Shown here piece after piece: positions 29,601 through 38,582 of a stretch of 64,000 nt of DNA. Below the pieces are notes generated by a model. The model did no database searches and was not told the DNA's origin. It saw only the letters and a list, made by a program, of their open reading frames with translations. The translations under genes and the position numbers were made by a program. How positions within the stretch are numbered: the first letter of the stretch is position 1; each line of letters begins with the position of its first letter. Source of the stretch: an uncultured delta proteobacterium (lineage in GTDB: Bacteria; Desulfobacterota; BSN033; UBA1163); the NCBI GenBank assembly GCA_963827685.1, contig CAWHBU010000004.1, positions 96,001 to 160,000 of the forward strand, given 5' to 3'.

Positions 29601-31274
29601 GGAGCCTTTATTTGTAGTTGTGGAACAAATATCGCTGGAACTGTGGATGTCAAGGAAGTTGTTGAATTTACGAAATCCCTTCCGGGAGTTGTCCACGTTG
29701 AGAATACCATCTACACCTGTTCTGCAGACTCCTTAAAGTTGATCCAGGAGAGAGTGAAGGAACTCGGTCTGAATCGTGTTGTGGTGGCTTCCTGTACACC
29801 GAGGACGCATGAGCCGCTCTTTCGAGACACGATCCGTGAAGTCGGTCTTAATCCATACCTTTTTGAGATGGCAAATATCCGTGACCAATGCTCCTGGGTC
29901 CACATGAACCTTAAAGCAGAGGCGACTGAGAAGGCAAAGAACCTTGTCCGGATGGCCATTGCCTGCTCCAGGAATTTAGAGCCTCTCCATCAAGTCCCGC
30001 GTAGTTTAGTTCACAGCTGTCTCGTCGTGGGAGGTGGTTTGGCTGGGATGGTAGCAGCCCTGAGCATGGCAGAACAAGGGTATCAAGTCTTTCTAATTGA
30101 GAGAGAAAAGGAGTTGGGTGGAAGGCTTCGACAAATCTTTTACAGCGGAAATGGTGGAGACCCACAGACTTATTTGAGGGAATTGGTGAAGAGGGTCGAG
30201 AGCCATCCAAAGATTGAGGTTCTAAAAGGCTATCAGGTTGTGGAACATGAAGGAGCAGTAGGAAATTTTAAGACGAAGGTTGCCAACGGTTCCACTCAAA
30301 GAGTCTTAGACCATGGAACCACGATCATTGCCACGGGTGGAAAAGAGTATCGAGGCAAAGCTTATTCCTTAGGGGAAGATTCAAAGGTAATTACCCAGCA
30401 GGAATTTGAGAAACGTATCTCCCTTTCCGATCCCACGCTTTCAAAAGCCAAATCCATTGTGATGATTCAATGTGTAGGCCCGTGGGATGAAGATCCTGCT
30501 AAAATTTTCTACTGCAGCCGTATCTGTTGCAATGTGGCAGTTAAGAATGCAATCAGGATAAAGGAACTTTGTCCCGAAGCTTCAGTGACTATCCTTTATA
30601 AAGATATGAGAACCTATGGTTTCAAAGAAGCCTTCTATACTCAGGCGAGGGAGAAGGGGGTTCTATTCGTACGGTTTGATGAAAAGAAAAAACCCTCTGT
30701 TGCACTTGCCAATGGTCAGTTGTCTGTCCAAATAGAGGATCCTATGCTTCATCTTCCCCTCTCGCTCCATCCAGACCTTCTGGTTCTCTCTGAAGCAGTG
30801 GTTCCTAATGAAGGGAGCAAGGAACTGGCGAATCTCTTTAAGTTCCCCCTGACATTGGATGGGTTTTTCTTAGAGGCTCATGTCAAATTGAGGCCAGTCG
30901 ATTTTGCAACGGATGGTCTCTATCTCTGCGGAATGGCCCACTATCCGAAATCAATCAATGAAACCATTTCTCAAGCAGAAGCTGCCTCAGCCCGAGCTGC
31001 CACAATCCTTTCTCAAGAAGCACTCCAGGTCGGCGGAGTGGTAGCGGTCGTGGAGGGCGAGCGGTGTGCGGCCTGTTTGACCTGTGTGAGAGTGTGTCCC
31101 TATGAGGTACCGGTCATCAATGTGAAAGGCGAGGCAGAGATTGACCTGGCAAAGTGCAAAGGCTGTGGCAGTTGCGCGGCCGAGTGCCCGGCCAGGGCCA
31201 TTGAGCTGATGCACTTCAGGGATCTTCAATTGTGGGCCAAGTGCGAAGCCCTAATCATAGAGAGTAGAGCGTAG
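26694..31274 (+). CDS. hdrA: Large HdrA-like flavoprotein (HdrL type) with an inserted GltD-like NAD(P)H module
   Basis: GGGIAG..QLDKTFPTNDC; GAGPAG/GGGNVA module; CSSVCCMY; second HdrA module (ICSCGTNI, GGGLAG, EAHVKLRP); C-terminal ferredoxin. Confidence 0.9.
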   Translation: MSPNENRKIGAALVVGGGIAGIQAALDLANSGIKVYLLEHSPAIGGKMAQLDKTFPTNDCAMCIVSPKLVEAGRHLNIEIITNSELVSLEGEAGHFKANIRKHPRYVDMSKCTSCNDCTEVCPILLPNEFNEGLDQRKAIYRPYPQAVPNTFLVTKRGTSPCKNTCPAETSAQGYIALIQAGRYKEALDVVKEYNPFPASVGRVCNHPCEEKCNRGKLDSPVAICSLKRFVADWVYEHRDQLEKQITPHASRLTLDAPKEEPVRPKAKVAIVGAGPAGLSCAHQLSRMGYQTTIFEALPVAGGMMRVGIPSYRLPRDVLQREIDEILNHPLVALKLNTPIRNINSLFDAGYSAVFLAMGAHEPQKLGIPGEDALGVHYGVPFLQAVSLAERHGVMEGFEDRFLIAFGIPIAPKVGEKTIVIGGGNVAIDAARTALRLGAKGVSILYRRSRDEMPANSWEIEEAEREGIEIQILTSPVEVLVKDGRVSGVRCIKMELGEPDASGRRRPIPIKGSEFIVPGDTMIASVAQAPEISFLDESHGLEVTPKGTFAVDPLTLTTNRPGVFAGGDVARGPWILIQAIADGRRGALSIDRYLRGVDLLTPREQIPLPVVDLSKEEINQMVEEGKVDLTLRTAVPMLPKEDRIRDFREVELVLTEEQAKKEAARCLACGICSECHLCVQVCKREAIDHQQADLMEELGVGSVILSPGYSLYRPELSPELGYGRYNNVVTSMEFERMLSASGPWGGHVTRRSSDHREPKKIAFLQCVGSREKERDYCSSVCCMYATKEAMLAMEHIPGVEIKIFQMDMRAFGKGFDAYFERGKEKGIQYIPCRISGLEEDPETKDILIQYESSNGSHTVNKEERVDLAILSIGMAALPDAQMLAKASGIELDPHQFCFTRDFQPIETSRSGVYACGAFTEPKDIPDSVIQASGAAAKALSVIGEARGTLVRKKEYPPEREVPPDEEPRIGAFICSCGTNIAGTVDVKEVVEFTKSLPGVVHVENTIYTCSADSLKLIQERVKELGLNRVVVASCTPRTHEPLFRDTIREVGLNPYLFEMANIRDQCSWVHMNLKAEATEKAKNLVRMAIACSRNLEPLHQVPRSLVHSCLVVGGGLAGMVAALSMAEQGYQVFLIEREKELGGRLRQIFYSGNGGDPQTYLRELVKRVESHPKIEVLKGYQVVEHEGAVGNFKTKVANGSTQRVLDHGTTIIATGGKEYRGKAYSLGEDSKVITQQEFEKRISLSDPTLSKAKSIVMIQCVGPWDEDPAKIFYCSRICCNVAVKNAIRIKELCPEASVTILYKDMRTYGFKEAFYTQAREKGVLFVRFDEKKKPSVALANGQLSVQIEDPMLHLPLSLHPDLLVLSEAVVPNEGSKELANLFKFPLTLDGFFLEAHVKLRPVDFATDGLYLCGMAHYPKSINETISQAEAASARAATILSQEALQVGGVVAVVEGERCAACLTCVRVCPYEVPVINVKGEAEIDLAKCKGCGSCAAECPARAIELMHFRDLQLWAKCEALIIESRA

Positions 31275-31337
31275 AAAGTGGAGAGTGGTTAAAACCATCT
31301 TCTACTTTCCACCTTCCACATTCCGAGAGGAGTTGTG

Positions 31338-31817
31338 ATGCCAGAGGCAGTTCAGAAAGAATCACAAATCACGAGTTACGAATCACCAATCACGCAGTTT
31401 GAGCCCGAGATCTTGGCCCTTTGTTGTGAGCATTGAGCTTATAGCGCCGCGGACCTGGCAGGTTCGATGAGGCTCAACTACCCTACGAATGTGAAGATAG
31501 TGAAGGTTCCCTGTACGGGGAGAGTAGATATTTTATTGATTCTTCATGCCTTTGAGTCGGGGGTGGATGGGGTTTACCTGGCGGGGTGTTTGGAAGGAGA
31601 GTGCCACTTCTTGAGAGGTAATCTCAGAGCCAAGAAGAGAGTTCAGTATGTGAAAGGTTTATTGGATGAGGTGGGATTAGGTAAGGATCGTATCGAGATG
31701 TACAACATGAGCTCGGCACAGGGTCAGCGCTTTGCCGAAGTAGCCCGTGAGATGACCGAGAAGGTAAGAGCTTTGGGGCCATCACCGGCCAAGAAGAACG
31801 TGAAGCGTGAATCGTGA
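31338..31817 (+). CDS. mvhD: MvhD [2Fe-2S] subunit, selenocysteine-containing
   Basis: GAGGAG RBS and ATG at 31338; FEPEILALCCEH-TGA(31434)-AYSAADLAG; PCTGR; GCLEGECHF. Confidence 0.88.
31444..31475 (+). promoter_or_regulatory. Putative bacterial SECIS hairpin
   Basis: GGACCT-GGC-AGGTTC stem-loop just 3' of the in-frame TGA. Confidence 0.6.
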
Positions 31818-31886
31818 TTGGTGAATCGTATAAAGAACCGAGTCACGAGTCACGAATCACCAATCACGTATTTTGGGAGGAAATCA

Positions 31887-32555
31887 ATGATCGTAGCGAA
31901 CCGGAAGTCATTGGAAGAGATTCTGAATATGCTCAAGCCCTACAAAAAGGTACTTCTATTGGGTTGTAATGAGTGTGTGACAGTGTGTGCTGCCGGAGGA
32001 GAAAGGGAGGCAGGAGTCCTGGCCTCGGAACTGAAGCTCTCCCGTGCTAAGGATGGCCAGGAGATCGAGATCCGGGAGCAGACCCTGGAGCGTCAGTGTG
32101 ATCATGAATATATCGATCAGGTTCGACCTTTTGTGGGGGACTATGAAGTGATCCTTTCGATGGCCTGTGGGGCAGGGATTCAGTATGTGGCAGAGAAATA
32201 TCGGACAAAAATTGTTCTTCCTGCAGTCAATACCACCTTTCTTGGGGTCACCTTGGAGCAGGGGGTATGGAGTGAGCGGTGTCAGGGGTGTGGGGAGTGT
32301 GTTTTGCATCTGACCGGAGGGGTTTGTCCGATTTCCCGGTGTGCGAAGAGTCTGCTCAATGGGCCTTGTGGGGGATCTTCGAATGGGAAGTGCGAGGTGG
32401 ACAAAGATCTGGATTGTGGTTGGCAGTTGATCATAGATAGACTTAAGGAACTAAATCAGTTGGATCGTTATGAGGAGATCATCCCGGTCAAGGATTGGAC
32501 GACCTCTCGAGATGGTGGACCGCGTAAAAGGGTCAGGGAAGACTTGAGGCTTTAA
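31887..32555 (+). CDS. metV: Methylene-THF reductase small subunit MetV
   Basis: GCNECVTVC, ERQCD, CQGCGEC..TGGVCP..RCAKSLLNGPCGG. Confidence 0.9.
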   Translation: MIVANRKSLEEILNMLKPYKKVLLLGCNECVTVCAAGGEREAGVLASELKLSRAKDGQEIEIREQTLERQCDHEYIDQVRPFVGDYEVILSMACGAGIQYVAEKYRTKIVLPAVNTTFLGVTLEQGVWSERCQGCGECVLHLTGGVCPISRCAKSLLNGPCGGSSNGKCEVDKDLDCGWQLIIDRLKELNQLDRYEEIIPVKDWTTSRDGGPRKRVREDLRL

Positions 32556-32560
32556 AGAAA

Positions 32561-33038
32561 GGTTAAGGCCAAGGTTGAGGTTGAGGGAATTTTCTTAACC
32601 TCAGCCTAAACCTCAACCTTTATTTATTAAGGTAGGTTAAGACTAGGGGAGATGGGATACAAATCATTTGAAGAGATGCCCGTATGGCAAAAAGCCATGG
32701 AACTTGCTGTTAAGATCTTTAATTTGACCGAAAATCTTCCGAGAAACGAAGACTATAGCCTGACTTCTCAAATCAGAAAATCGTCATTATCTGTATCGGG
32801 TAATATTGCGGAAGGATTTGGAAGAAAACATACGAAGGACAAATTGAATTTCTATTATCATTCTCGGGGATCTTTGGCTGAAACGAAAAGCCATTTGATA
32901 TATGGCAGAAAGGTTGGGTACTTTGACAAAAAAGATTTTGAAGATCTATTAATTTTTATTGATGAAATATGGAAGGAATTAAACTCTTTAATCAACTCCT
33001 TAACAAAAAAATCTCAACCTTAACCTCAGCCTTAACCT
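32561..33038. mobile_element. Four-helix-bundle gene module flanked by 6-nt-periodic inverted repeats
   Basis: GGTTAAGGCCAAGGTTGAGGTTGAG / CTTAACCTCAGCCTAAACCTCAACCT upstream and CTCAACCTTAACCTCAGCCTTAACCT downstream; AT-richer than the flanking genes. Confidence 0.55.
32652..33023 (+). CDS. Four-helix-bundle protein (TIGR02436 / 23S rRNA IVS-like)
   Basis: FEEMPVWQKAM, LTSQIRKSS.SVSGNIAEGFGR, RGSLAET. Confidence 0.92.
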   Translation: MGYKSFEEMPVWQKAMELAVKIFNLTENLPRNEDYSLTSQIRKSSLSVSGNIAEGFGRKHTKDKLNFYYHSRGSLAETKSHLIYGRKVGYFDKKDFEDLLIFIDEIWKELNSLINSLTKKSQP

Positions 33039-33052
33039 TATGATTTTTAGGA

Positions 33053-33985
33053 GTGGAGATGAAGACCAAATCAAACATTGAGCGGATACTGGAGAGTGGT
33101 GGATTTGTGGTGACCTCGGAGTGTGGGCCGCCGAGGGGAGCGGATGCGGAGGTGATCAGGAAGAAGGGGAATCTGCTCAAAGGGGTGGTGGATGCGGTCA
33201 ACGTCACCGACAATCAGACCTCGGTGGTGAGAATGAGCTCCTTTTCTTCATGTATCATCCTCAAAGAGATGGGGTTTGATCCTATCTTGCAGATGGTGTG
33301 TCGGGATCGGAACCGGATAGCGATTCAGAGTGACATCTTGGGGGCAGCAGCTTTGGGGATCAATAACATTCTCTGTCTATCAGGGGATCATCAGAAATTT
33401 GGGGATCATCCGAGGGCAAAGAATGTCTTTGATATGGACTCCATACAACTCATTAATACTGTCAAGATCCTGAGAGATGATGGGAAGTTCTTGGGGGGTG
33501 AGGAAGTAAAGGGGAAACCCATACTCTTCATTGGGGCGGCAGAGAATCCCTTTGCGGATCCCTTTGAGATACGGGCAGCGAGGCTGGGGAAGAAAGTGAA
33601 GGCAGGTTGTGAATTCATCCAGACCCAGTGTATCTACAACATGGAGAGATTTACCAAGTGGATGGAGATGGTGAGGGACAGAGGCCTTCACGAAAGGTGT
33701 GCCATCCTGGCCGGGGTAACCCCCTTCAAGTCGGTGGGGATGGCGAAGTATATGAAGAATTCGGTGCCAGGGATGGATGTGCCGGATGGGATGATCGAGA
33801 GGATGAAAGGGGTGCCGAAGGAGAAGCAGACTGAGGAGGGGATCAAGATTTGTGTGGAGACGATTCAGAAGCTGAGGGAGATACCAGGGGTGCGGGGGAT
33901 TCATATTATGGCGATAGAGTGGGAGGAGAAGGTGGCAGAGATTGCTAAAACTGCAGGACTGCTACCCAGACCCACCTTCTCGTGA
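33053..33985 (+). CDS. metF: Methylenetetrahydrofolate reductase large subunit
   Basis: ECGPPRG, NVTDNQ, CRDRNR, LSGDH, FIQTQ, GIHIM. Confidence 0.92.
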   Translation: MEMKTKSNIERILESGGFVVTSECGPPRGADAEVIRKKGNLLKGVVDAVNVTDNQTSVVRMSSFSSCIILKEMGFDPILQMVCRDRNRIAIQSDILGAAALGINNILCLSGDHQKFGDHPRAKNVFDMDSIQLINTVKILRDDGKFLGGEEVKGKPILFIGAAENPFADPFEIRAARLGKKVKAGCEFIQTQCIYNMERFTKWMEMVRDRGLHERCAILAGVTPFKSVGMAKYMKNSVPGMDVPDGMIERMKGVPKEKQTEEGIKICVETIQKLREIPGVRGIHIMAIEWEEKVAEIAKTAGLLPRPTFS

Positions 33986-34069
33986 GGCGTGAATCGTGAA
34001 GGGTGAGTCGTTAAAAAAATTACTCCTTACAACTAACCACTTGCGACTTGCGAGTTAGGGATATCATCC

Positions 34070-35500
34070 ATGGAAATAATGTTGAATACCATTTTTGCTG
34101 AAACTATCCAAAAGGAGACCGGGGAGAATGTCTTTCTCTGCTACCAATGTCAGAAATGCTCCTCAGGTTGTCCGGTGGTAGAGCACTTCGATCTCGCTCC
34201 CAATCAGGTGATGCGGGCGATTCAGTTTGGCCAAAAGGAGATGGTCCTCCATTCGAAAACCATCTGGCTCTGCGCCATGTGTGAGACCTGTGCTACCCGT
34301 TGTCCTCACGACATTAACATCACAAAGATCATGGATGTTTTAAAAATCATGGCCAAGAACGAAAAAATAGAATCAAAGGTTCCTTCTGTTCCACTCTTCT
34401 ATCAGGCGGCCATGAGAGGAATCAAGTGGTTTGGAAGAATGTATGAAGCTGGGTTGATGGGAGAAATCTACTTCCGTCAGATGTTGGCAGGTCAGCTCAA
34501 CTATCAGCAGATTTGGAAAAATGATATGCCAATGGCTTTGAAGATGTTGAAAAATGGAAAGTTGAAGATCTTTCCCACTTTTGAGAGGCCAAAGGTCAAG
34601 GGAAAGACGGCTGAGAAAAAAGATGGCATCGCTTACTTTCCAGGCTGCAGTCTTCATGGTACTTCAAAGGAATACGATCTCTCCACCAAAGCCGTATTCC
34701 ATAAACTCGGAGTCTCCCTCCATGAACCAGAGGGATGGGGATGTTGCGGGACCACACCCACCCATTCCACAAACCATTTTCTTTCGACATTGCTTCCCAT
34801 GAAGAATATCGCTTTGATAAAAGAAGAAGGGTTGGATAATGTCACAACACCCTGTCCTTCCTGTTTTCTCAGGATGCGGGTTGCATTGAGAGAGACCGGC
34901 GAAGACAAGAATTTAAGAGAGAGGGTCAGCCGGGAGATTCCAAACCTTTCCTACAATGGGATGAAGGTTGAACATCTCTTGAACACGATTACAGAAAAAA
35001 TCGGTTACCAACGGGTGGCTTCAAAGGTCGTCCATCCCTTCAAAGGACTTAAAGTGGTTTGCTATTATGGATGCATCATCACCCGTCCTCCAAAAATCAC
35101 AGAAGTGAAAGATTACGAATATCCCACCCAGATGGATCGTTTAATGAAGGCCATTGGAATCACGCCCCTCGACTGGTCTTATAAAACTCGCTGTTGCGGA
35201 GTTTCTCTTGGAATTTCACAACTTCCGATTGCTCTGGAGTTAAGCAGGAAAATTCTTAAGAATGCAAAGGGTGTGGGAGCGGATGCGATCGTTGTGGCTT
35301 GTCCGCTTTGCCATGTCAACTTAGATGCCCGCCAGAAACAGATTGAAGAGGAATATAAAGAGACCTTTCATCTGCCCATTATCTATTTCACCCAGCTAAT
35401 GGGATTAGCCTTCGGCTTGAGGTCAGAAGAATTGGGTCTCGATAAACACTTCGTCGATCCCATCCCCCTTTTAAAGAGGATAGCAGAGGTTTCACCTTAA
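34070..35500 (+). CDS. HdrC-HdrB fusion (2x4Fe-4S plus CCG domains)
   Basis: CYQCQKCSSGCP, CAMCETCATRCP; YFPGC, CCG, YYGC, CCG, ACPLC. Confidence 0.9.
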   Translation: MEIMLNTIFAETIQKETGENVFLCYQCQKCSSGCPVVEHFDLAPNQVMRAIQFGQKEMVLHSKTIWLCAMCETCATRCPHDINITKIMDVLKIMAKNEKIESKVPSVPLFYQAAMRGIKWFGRMYEAGLMGEIYFRQMLAGQLNYQQIWKNDMPMALKMLKNGKLKIFPTFERPKVKGKTAEKKDGIAYFPGCSLHGTSKEYDLSTKAVFHKLGVSLHEPEGWGCCGTTPTHSTNHFLSTLLPMKNIALIKEEGLDNVTTPCPSCFLRMRVALRETGEDKNLRERVSREIPNLSYNGMKVEHLLNTITEKIGYQRVASKVVHPFKGLKVVCYYGCIITRPPKITEVKDYEYPTQMDRLMKAIGITPLDWSYKTRCCGVSLGISQLPIALELSRKILKNAKGVGADAIVVACPLCHVNLDARQKQIEEEYKETFHLPIIYFTQLMGLAFGLRSEELGLDKHFVDPIPLLKRIAEVSP

Positions 35501-35573
35501 AGAGCTCCTTCCAAATTGTAGGTCATTAAATTAAGAGATAAGAATAGAATCTTATCAGGTTGATTTGGGTTGC

Positions 35574-37169
35574 CTATTGGTAGTGGGGAGTTAGTATATT
35601 TGCATCTAAATAGTTTTCTATTATTTCTTTAGCCTCACTAATCCTTTCTTGTGGTATGAGGACGGAGATCTCAATATAAGGGCCGAAAAAATAGAGCAGA
35701 GCCCGGTGATAATAACCTCTCAGGTAGCAAGGAAGACCTTTCTGTTCAAAAAGGCTCTTGACAAGCCCAGCCATTGGAACATCGTGCAACTCGGCGACTT
35801 TTACAAGGTCATTTCCCTTCCTTCTCAGACGAACATCTCCTATAAGGTCCAGTAGTATTGCGACAGCTGTGATTAAAACAGTGCCCCCCATAATGAAAAA
35901 CAAAAATCGAGAGGCAATTTTCGGTATGAAAACAATAAAAGCTAAGTAAAGAGCTCCAACAGGAATGATGGATTCAAGGCTTTTGTCAATATAGCTTTCT
36001 TCATTTTTCCCTGGAGGAGATAGAATTGAAGCGTTCTTGTTTTTCAAAAAAGTGACCATCTCTTTGGGATCGTAAAAGAATGAAACGAAAAGGTAGTAAA
36101 GGAAAATGATAGTAATAGCATAAGCCACATAATACCAAATACCTCCGCCAACAAGAGCTTCGGATAATTTTTGAGAAACTTGATAACCCATCATAGGCGT
36201 AAATGCTAAGATAGTTGTTAGTAGTCCAATCAGCCATTCTCCCCCAGAAGCAGGTATTATCCCTGCAGATGTAAGTTTTAACGGGATATAGGCTTCCGTA
36301 CCATCACTAAATCTGACCGGTATTTTTCTTTTAGTTCTTTCCATGGACACAATGACTGTGACTATGATAATGATCATTGAGACATATAGTAGAAATGATA
36401 CGAGAGAGACAAAATGTTGTTGAAATAAAGAATATATTTGCGGGATGTAAGATAGAATCCCCCGGGCGAATCCTATCAATATCAAAATACTTATGCCGTG
36501 ACCTATTCCTTTTCTCGTAATCAGTTCCGCTATCCATATCGTCAGGAAGGTGCCGGCTGTAAGAGTTAAAGCCGAGATCAGCCGGGAAACCAACCCTGGG
36601 TTTCTTATAATCTTTTCCCCAACTGGTCCAACCATATTTTCAAGCCCTTGAGCCAAAGCGTAACCGTGCAAGAGAGCAAGCAGAAATGTTGCAAAAAGCG
36701 CTATCTCTTTAATCCTTATCCTTCCTACATATCCCTCTCCCCGCCAAGATTTTAGCGGTGGGATAAACAACGATAAGATTTCAACTATTATATAAGCATT
36801 TATATAAGGCATAATACCAAGGGCTAAAATAGAGAATCTTTCAAGAGCTGGTTCATAGCCGAAAAATCTTAGAAAACGATTAAACTGCTCATCGCTAAAA
36901 AACCCACTAAGAGACTGAAGATCGATTCCTGGAACTGGTATTAATACCAAAACTCTATAGAGGAGAATAAAACCGATTGTATAAAGGACTCTTTTGTGAA
37001 GATCAGTGAGAGCGGTTTTTGGAGAAGTCTTCTGGGTATCTCCCTTTTCAGTGACTTCTTCCGAGAGCAGGCTTCCACAATCCGAGCAGTGGGTAATTCC
37101 TTCTCGAAACTCTGCAGGGCGTCCGGTTTTCTTTTTGTGTGGGCATTCAGGATTCAAACAAAAAGCCAT
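35574..37169 (-). CDS. SecY paralogue with N-terminal Zn-ribbon and C-terminal DUF2007-like domain
   Basis: SILALGIMPYI, LTAGTF..WIAELITRKGIGHGIS, IPLKLTSAGIIP, GGTVLI; N-terminal C..PEC...CSDCG; C-terminal AGLVKSLFEQKGLPC. Confidence 0.8.
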   Translation of the reverse strand: MAFCLNPECPHKKKTGRPAEFREGITHCSDCGSLLSEEVTEKGDTQKTSPKTALTDLHKRVLYTIGFILLYRVLVLIPVPGIDLQSLSGFFSDEQFNRFLRFFGYEPALERFSILALGIMPYINAYIIVEILSLFIPPLKSWRGEGYVGRIRIKEIALFATFLLALLHGYALAQGLENMVGPVGEKIIRNPGLVSRLISALTLTAGTFLTIWIAELITRKGIGHGISILILIGFARGILSYIPQIYSLFQQHFVSLVSFLLYVSMIIIIVTVIVSMERTKRKIPVRFSDGTEAYIPLKLTSAGIIPASGGEWLIGLLTTILAFTPMMGYQVSQKLSEALVGGGIWYYVAYAITIIFLYYLFVSFFYDPKEMVTFLKNKNASILSPPGKNEESYIDKSLESIIPVGALYLAFIVFIPKIASRFLFFIMGGTVLITAVAILLDLIGDVRLRRKGNDLVKVAELHDVPMAGLVKSLFEQKGLPCYLRGYYHRALLYFFGPYIEISVLIPQERISEAKEIIENYLDANILTPHYQ

Positions 37170-37190
37170 CGGTCGAACCTTTCGTTACGC

Positions 37191-38582
37191 TCATCGAATC
37201 TCTAATTTTTTTGCCTGTTTTGGAAGCTTCGATTCTATTTCTTTCATCAGTCTCTGGGCTTCCTTGTGACCTTGTCTTATTTTTAAGACGTTGTTTAGAA
37301 GATCTTTTATCTGGGTATAGTCAAGGAACTCTTGATCCTTTAAATAAAGGGATTTCGCCAACATGAAAGTATAATCAGGATTTTCAGGAGAAAGATAGCA
37401 GGCATTAGCAAATTCAGATTGAGCCTGTAGAATGTTCCCGCGTTGGTAAAACGCTAAGCCCCTTTCATAATGCTTGCTGGCCTGGGGTGGATCCTCAGAC
37501 TTAAGGAATTCTATCGATGATAAAACAGTTAAAATATTGCTCTCATCAAAGTATTTCTTTAATAACAGATACCCACCACCTGTGAATTGATTTTCCTTCC
37601 CTTTGTAGAGAGAAAACCCTCCTGAAAATAGGATGTCTGTTTGTCGCCTTTCCCAAAATCCCCTATAGCCATTCATATGGATTTCTTTTAAATCGATCGG
37701 TTCCCCTATTTTCCGTTGGGTAGAGCGAATAAATGCAACACCTGGATTCCAATTATTTGTTAGCATATATTTTTCGAGATCAAATCTAGAAACATGGCCC
37801 AGCCGTTTTCTAAATTCTTCATCATCACCGTAAGGCAATTCATTTGTTAAATTGACAATTCCTCTGATTTCTTTTCCCTTGTTTCGGAACACAACTCTCC
37901 ATTCCCGGTCCTTTCGTTCGGTTTTATATAAACCTCCTATGATAAATTCCTTTGGTAACAACAGGGAGACATTGAGAATTTCAACTTTCAGATATTTCTC
38001 CGGTGTTTCGGAAAGATTAGATTTCTTCAGGATAGTGACCCGAGGTTTGGCCACATAAAGAGGAATGTTATATTTTAGTTTCATAAATATTGAAAAGAAG
38101 ATCGAATAGAACGAAAACAAAAAAATAATAACGACTAAAAGCGCATGCCAGCTTATGAACTTAAAATGGTAAGATTTGCCAAAGAGAGCCTTCACTCTCT
38201 TTCTTGTGAAAAAAAACAATGTAAGAACGACAAAAAAGAACTGTATGTATATACCATATTGAAATAAGCTAAATATCCCCAAATACAAATATTGAGTAAA
38301 AATAACGACAAGAAATGTCAACATGGCTGCTATGGCGGCATATCTGGCCCAAAATCGTCTCCGAAGCAAGCCATATCCGACGATAATGTTTATTGGAGTC
38401 ATATATAGAGAGATGCCTGTAAGAATAAAGAAATGATTTAGGAAGATTACATTCGGTATTTTGGGGATCGTCAGGATTTTAGGAAGGATATTAACGACAA
38501 TGTCAAACACAGCATAAATAAGTATGAGGATAGAGTAAACCCATAATACAAGAATTTCTTTTCTGCTATTTGTGGGTTCCAT
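37191..38582 (-). CDS. Membrane protein with C-terminal TPR-like repeats
   Basis: About 5 N-terminal TMs; HYERGLAFYQRG..A...F..A..LSPENP. Confidence 0.65.
   Translation of the reverse strand: MEPTNSRKEILVLWVYSILILIYAVFDIVVNILPKILTIPKIPNVIFLNHFFILTGISLYMTPINIIVGYGLLRRRFWARYAAIAAMLTFLVVIFTQYLYLGIFSLFQYGIYIQFFFVVLTLFFFTRKRVKALFGKSYHFKFISWHALLVVIIFLFSFYSIFFSIFMKLKYNIPLYVAKPRVTILKKSNLSETPEKYLKVEILNVSLLLPKEFIIGGLYKTERKDREWRVVFRNKGKEIRGIVNLTNELPYGDDEEFRKRLGHVSRFDLEKYMLTNNWNPGVAFIRSTQRKIGEPIDLKEIHMNGYRGFWERRQTDILFSGGFSLYKGKENQFTGGGYLLLKKYFDESNILTVLSSIEFLKSEDPPQASKHYERGLAFYQRGNILQAQSEFANACYLSPENPDYTFMLAKSLYLKDQEFLDYTQIKDLLNNVLKIRQGHKEAQRLMKEIESKLPKQAKKLEIR

Noticed and set aside
32652-33023. Diversity-generating retroelement (Avd-like gene)
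   Set aside because: No reverse transcriptase or TR/VR pair in the window.
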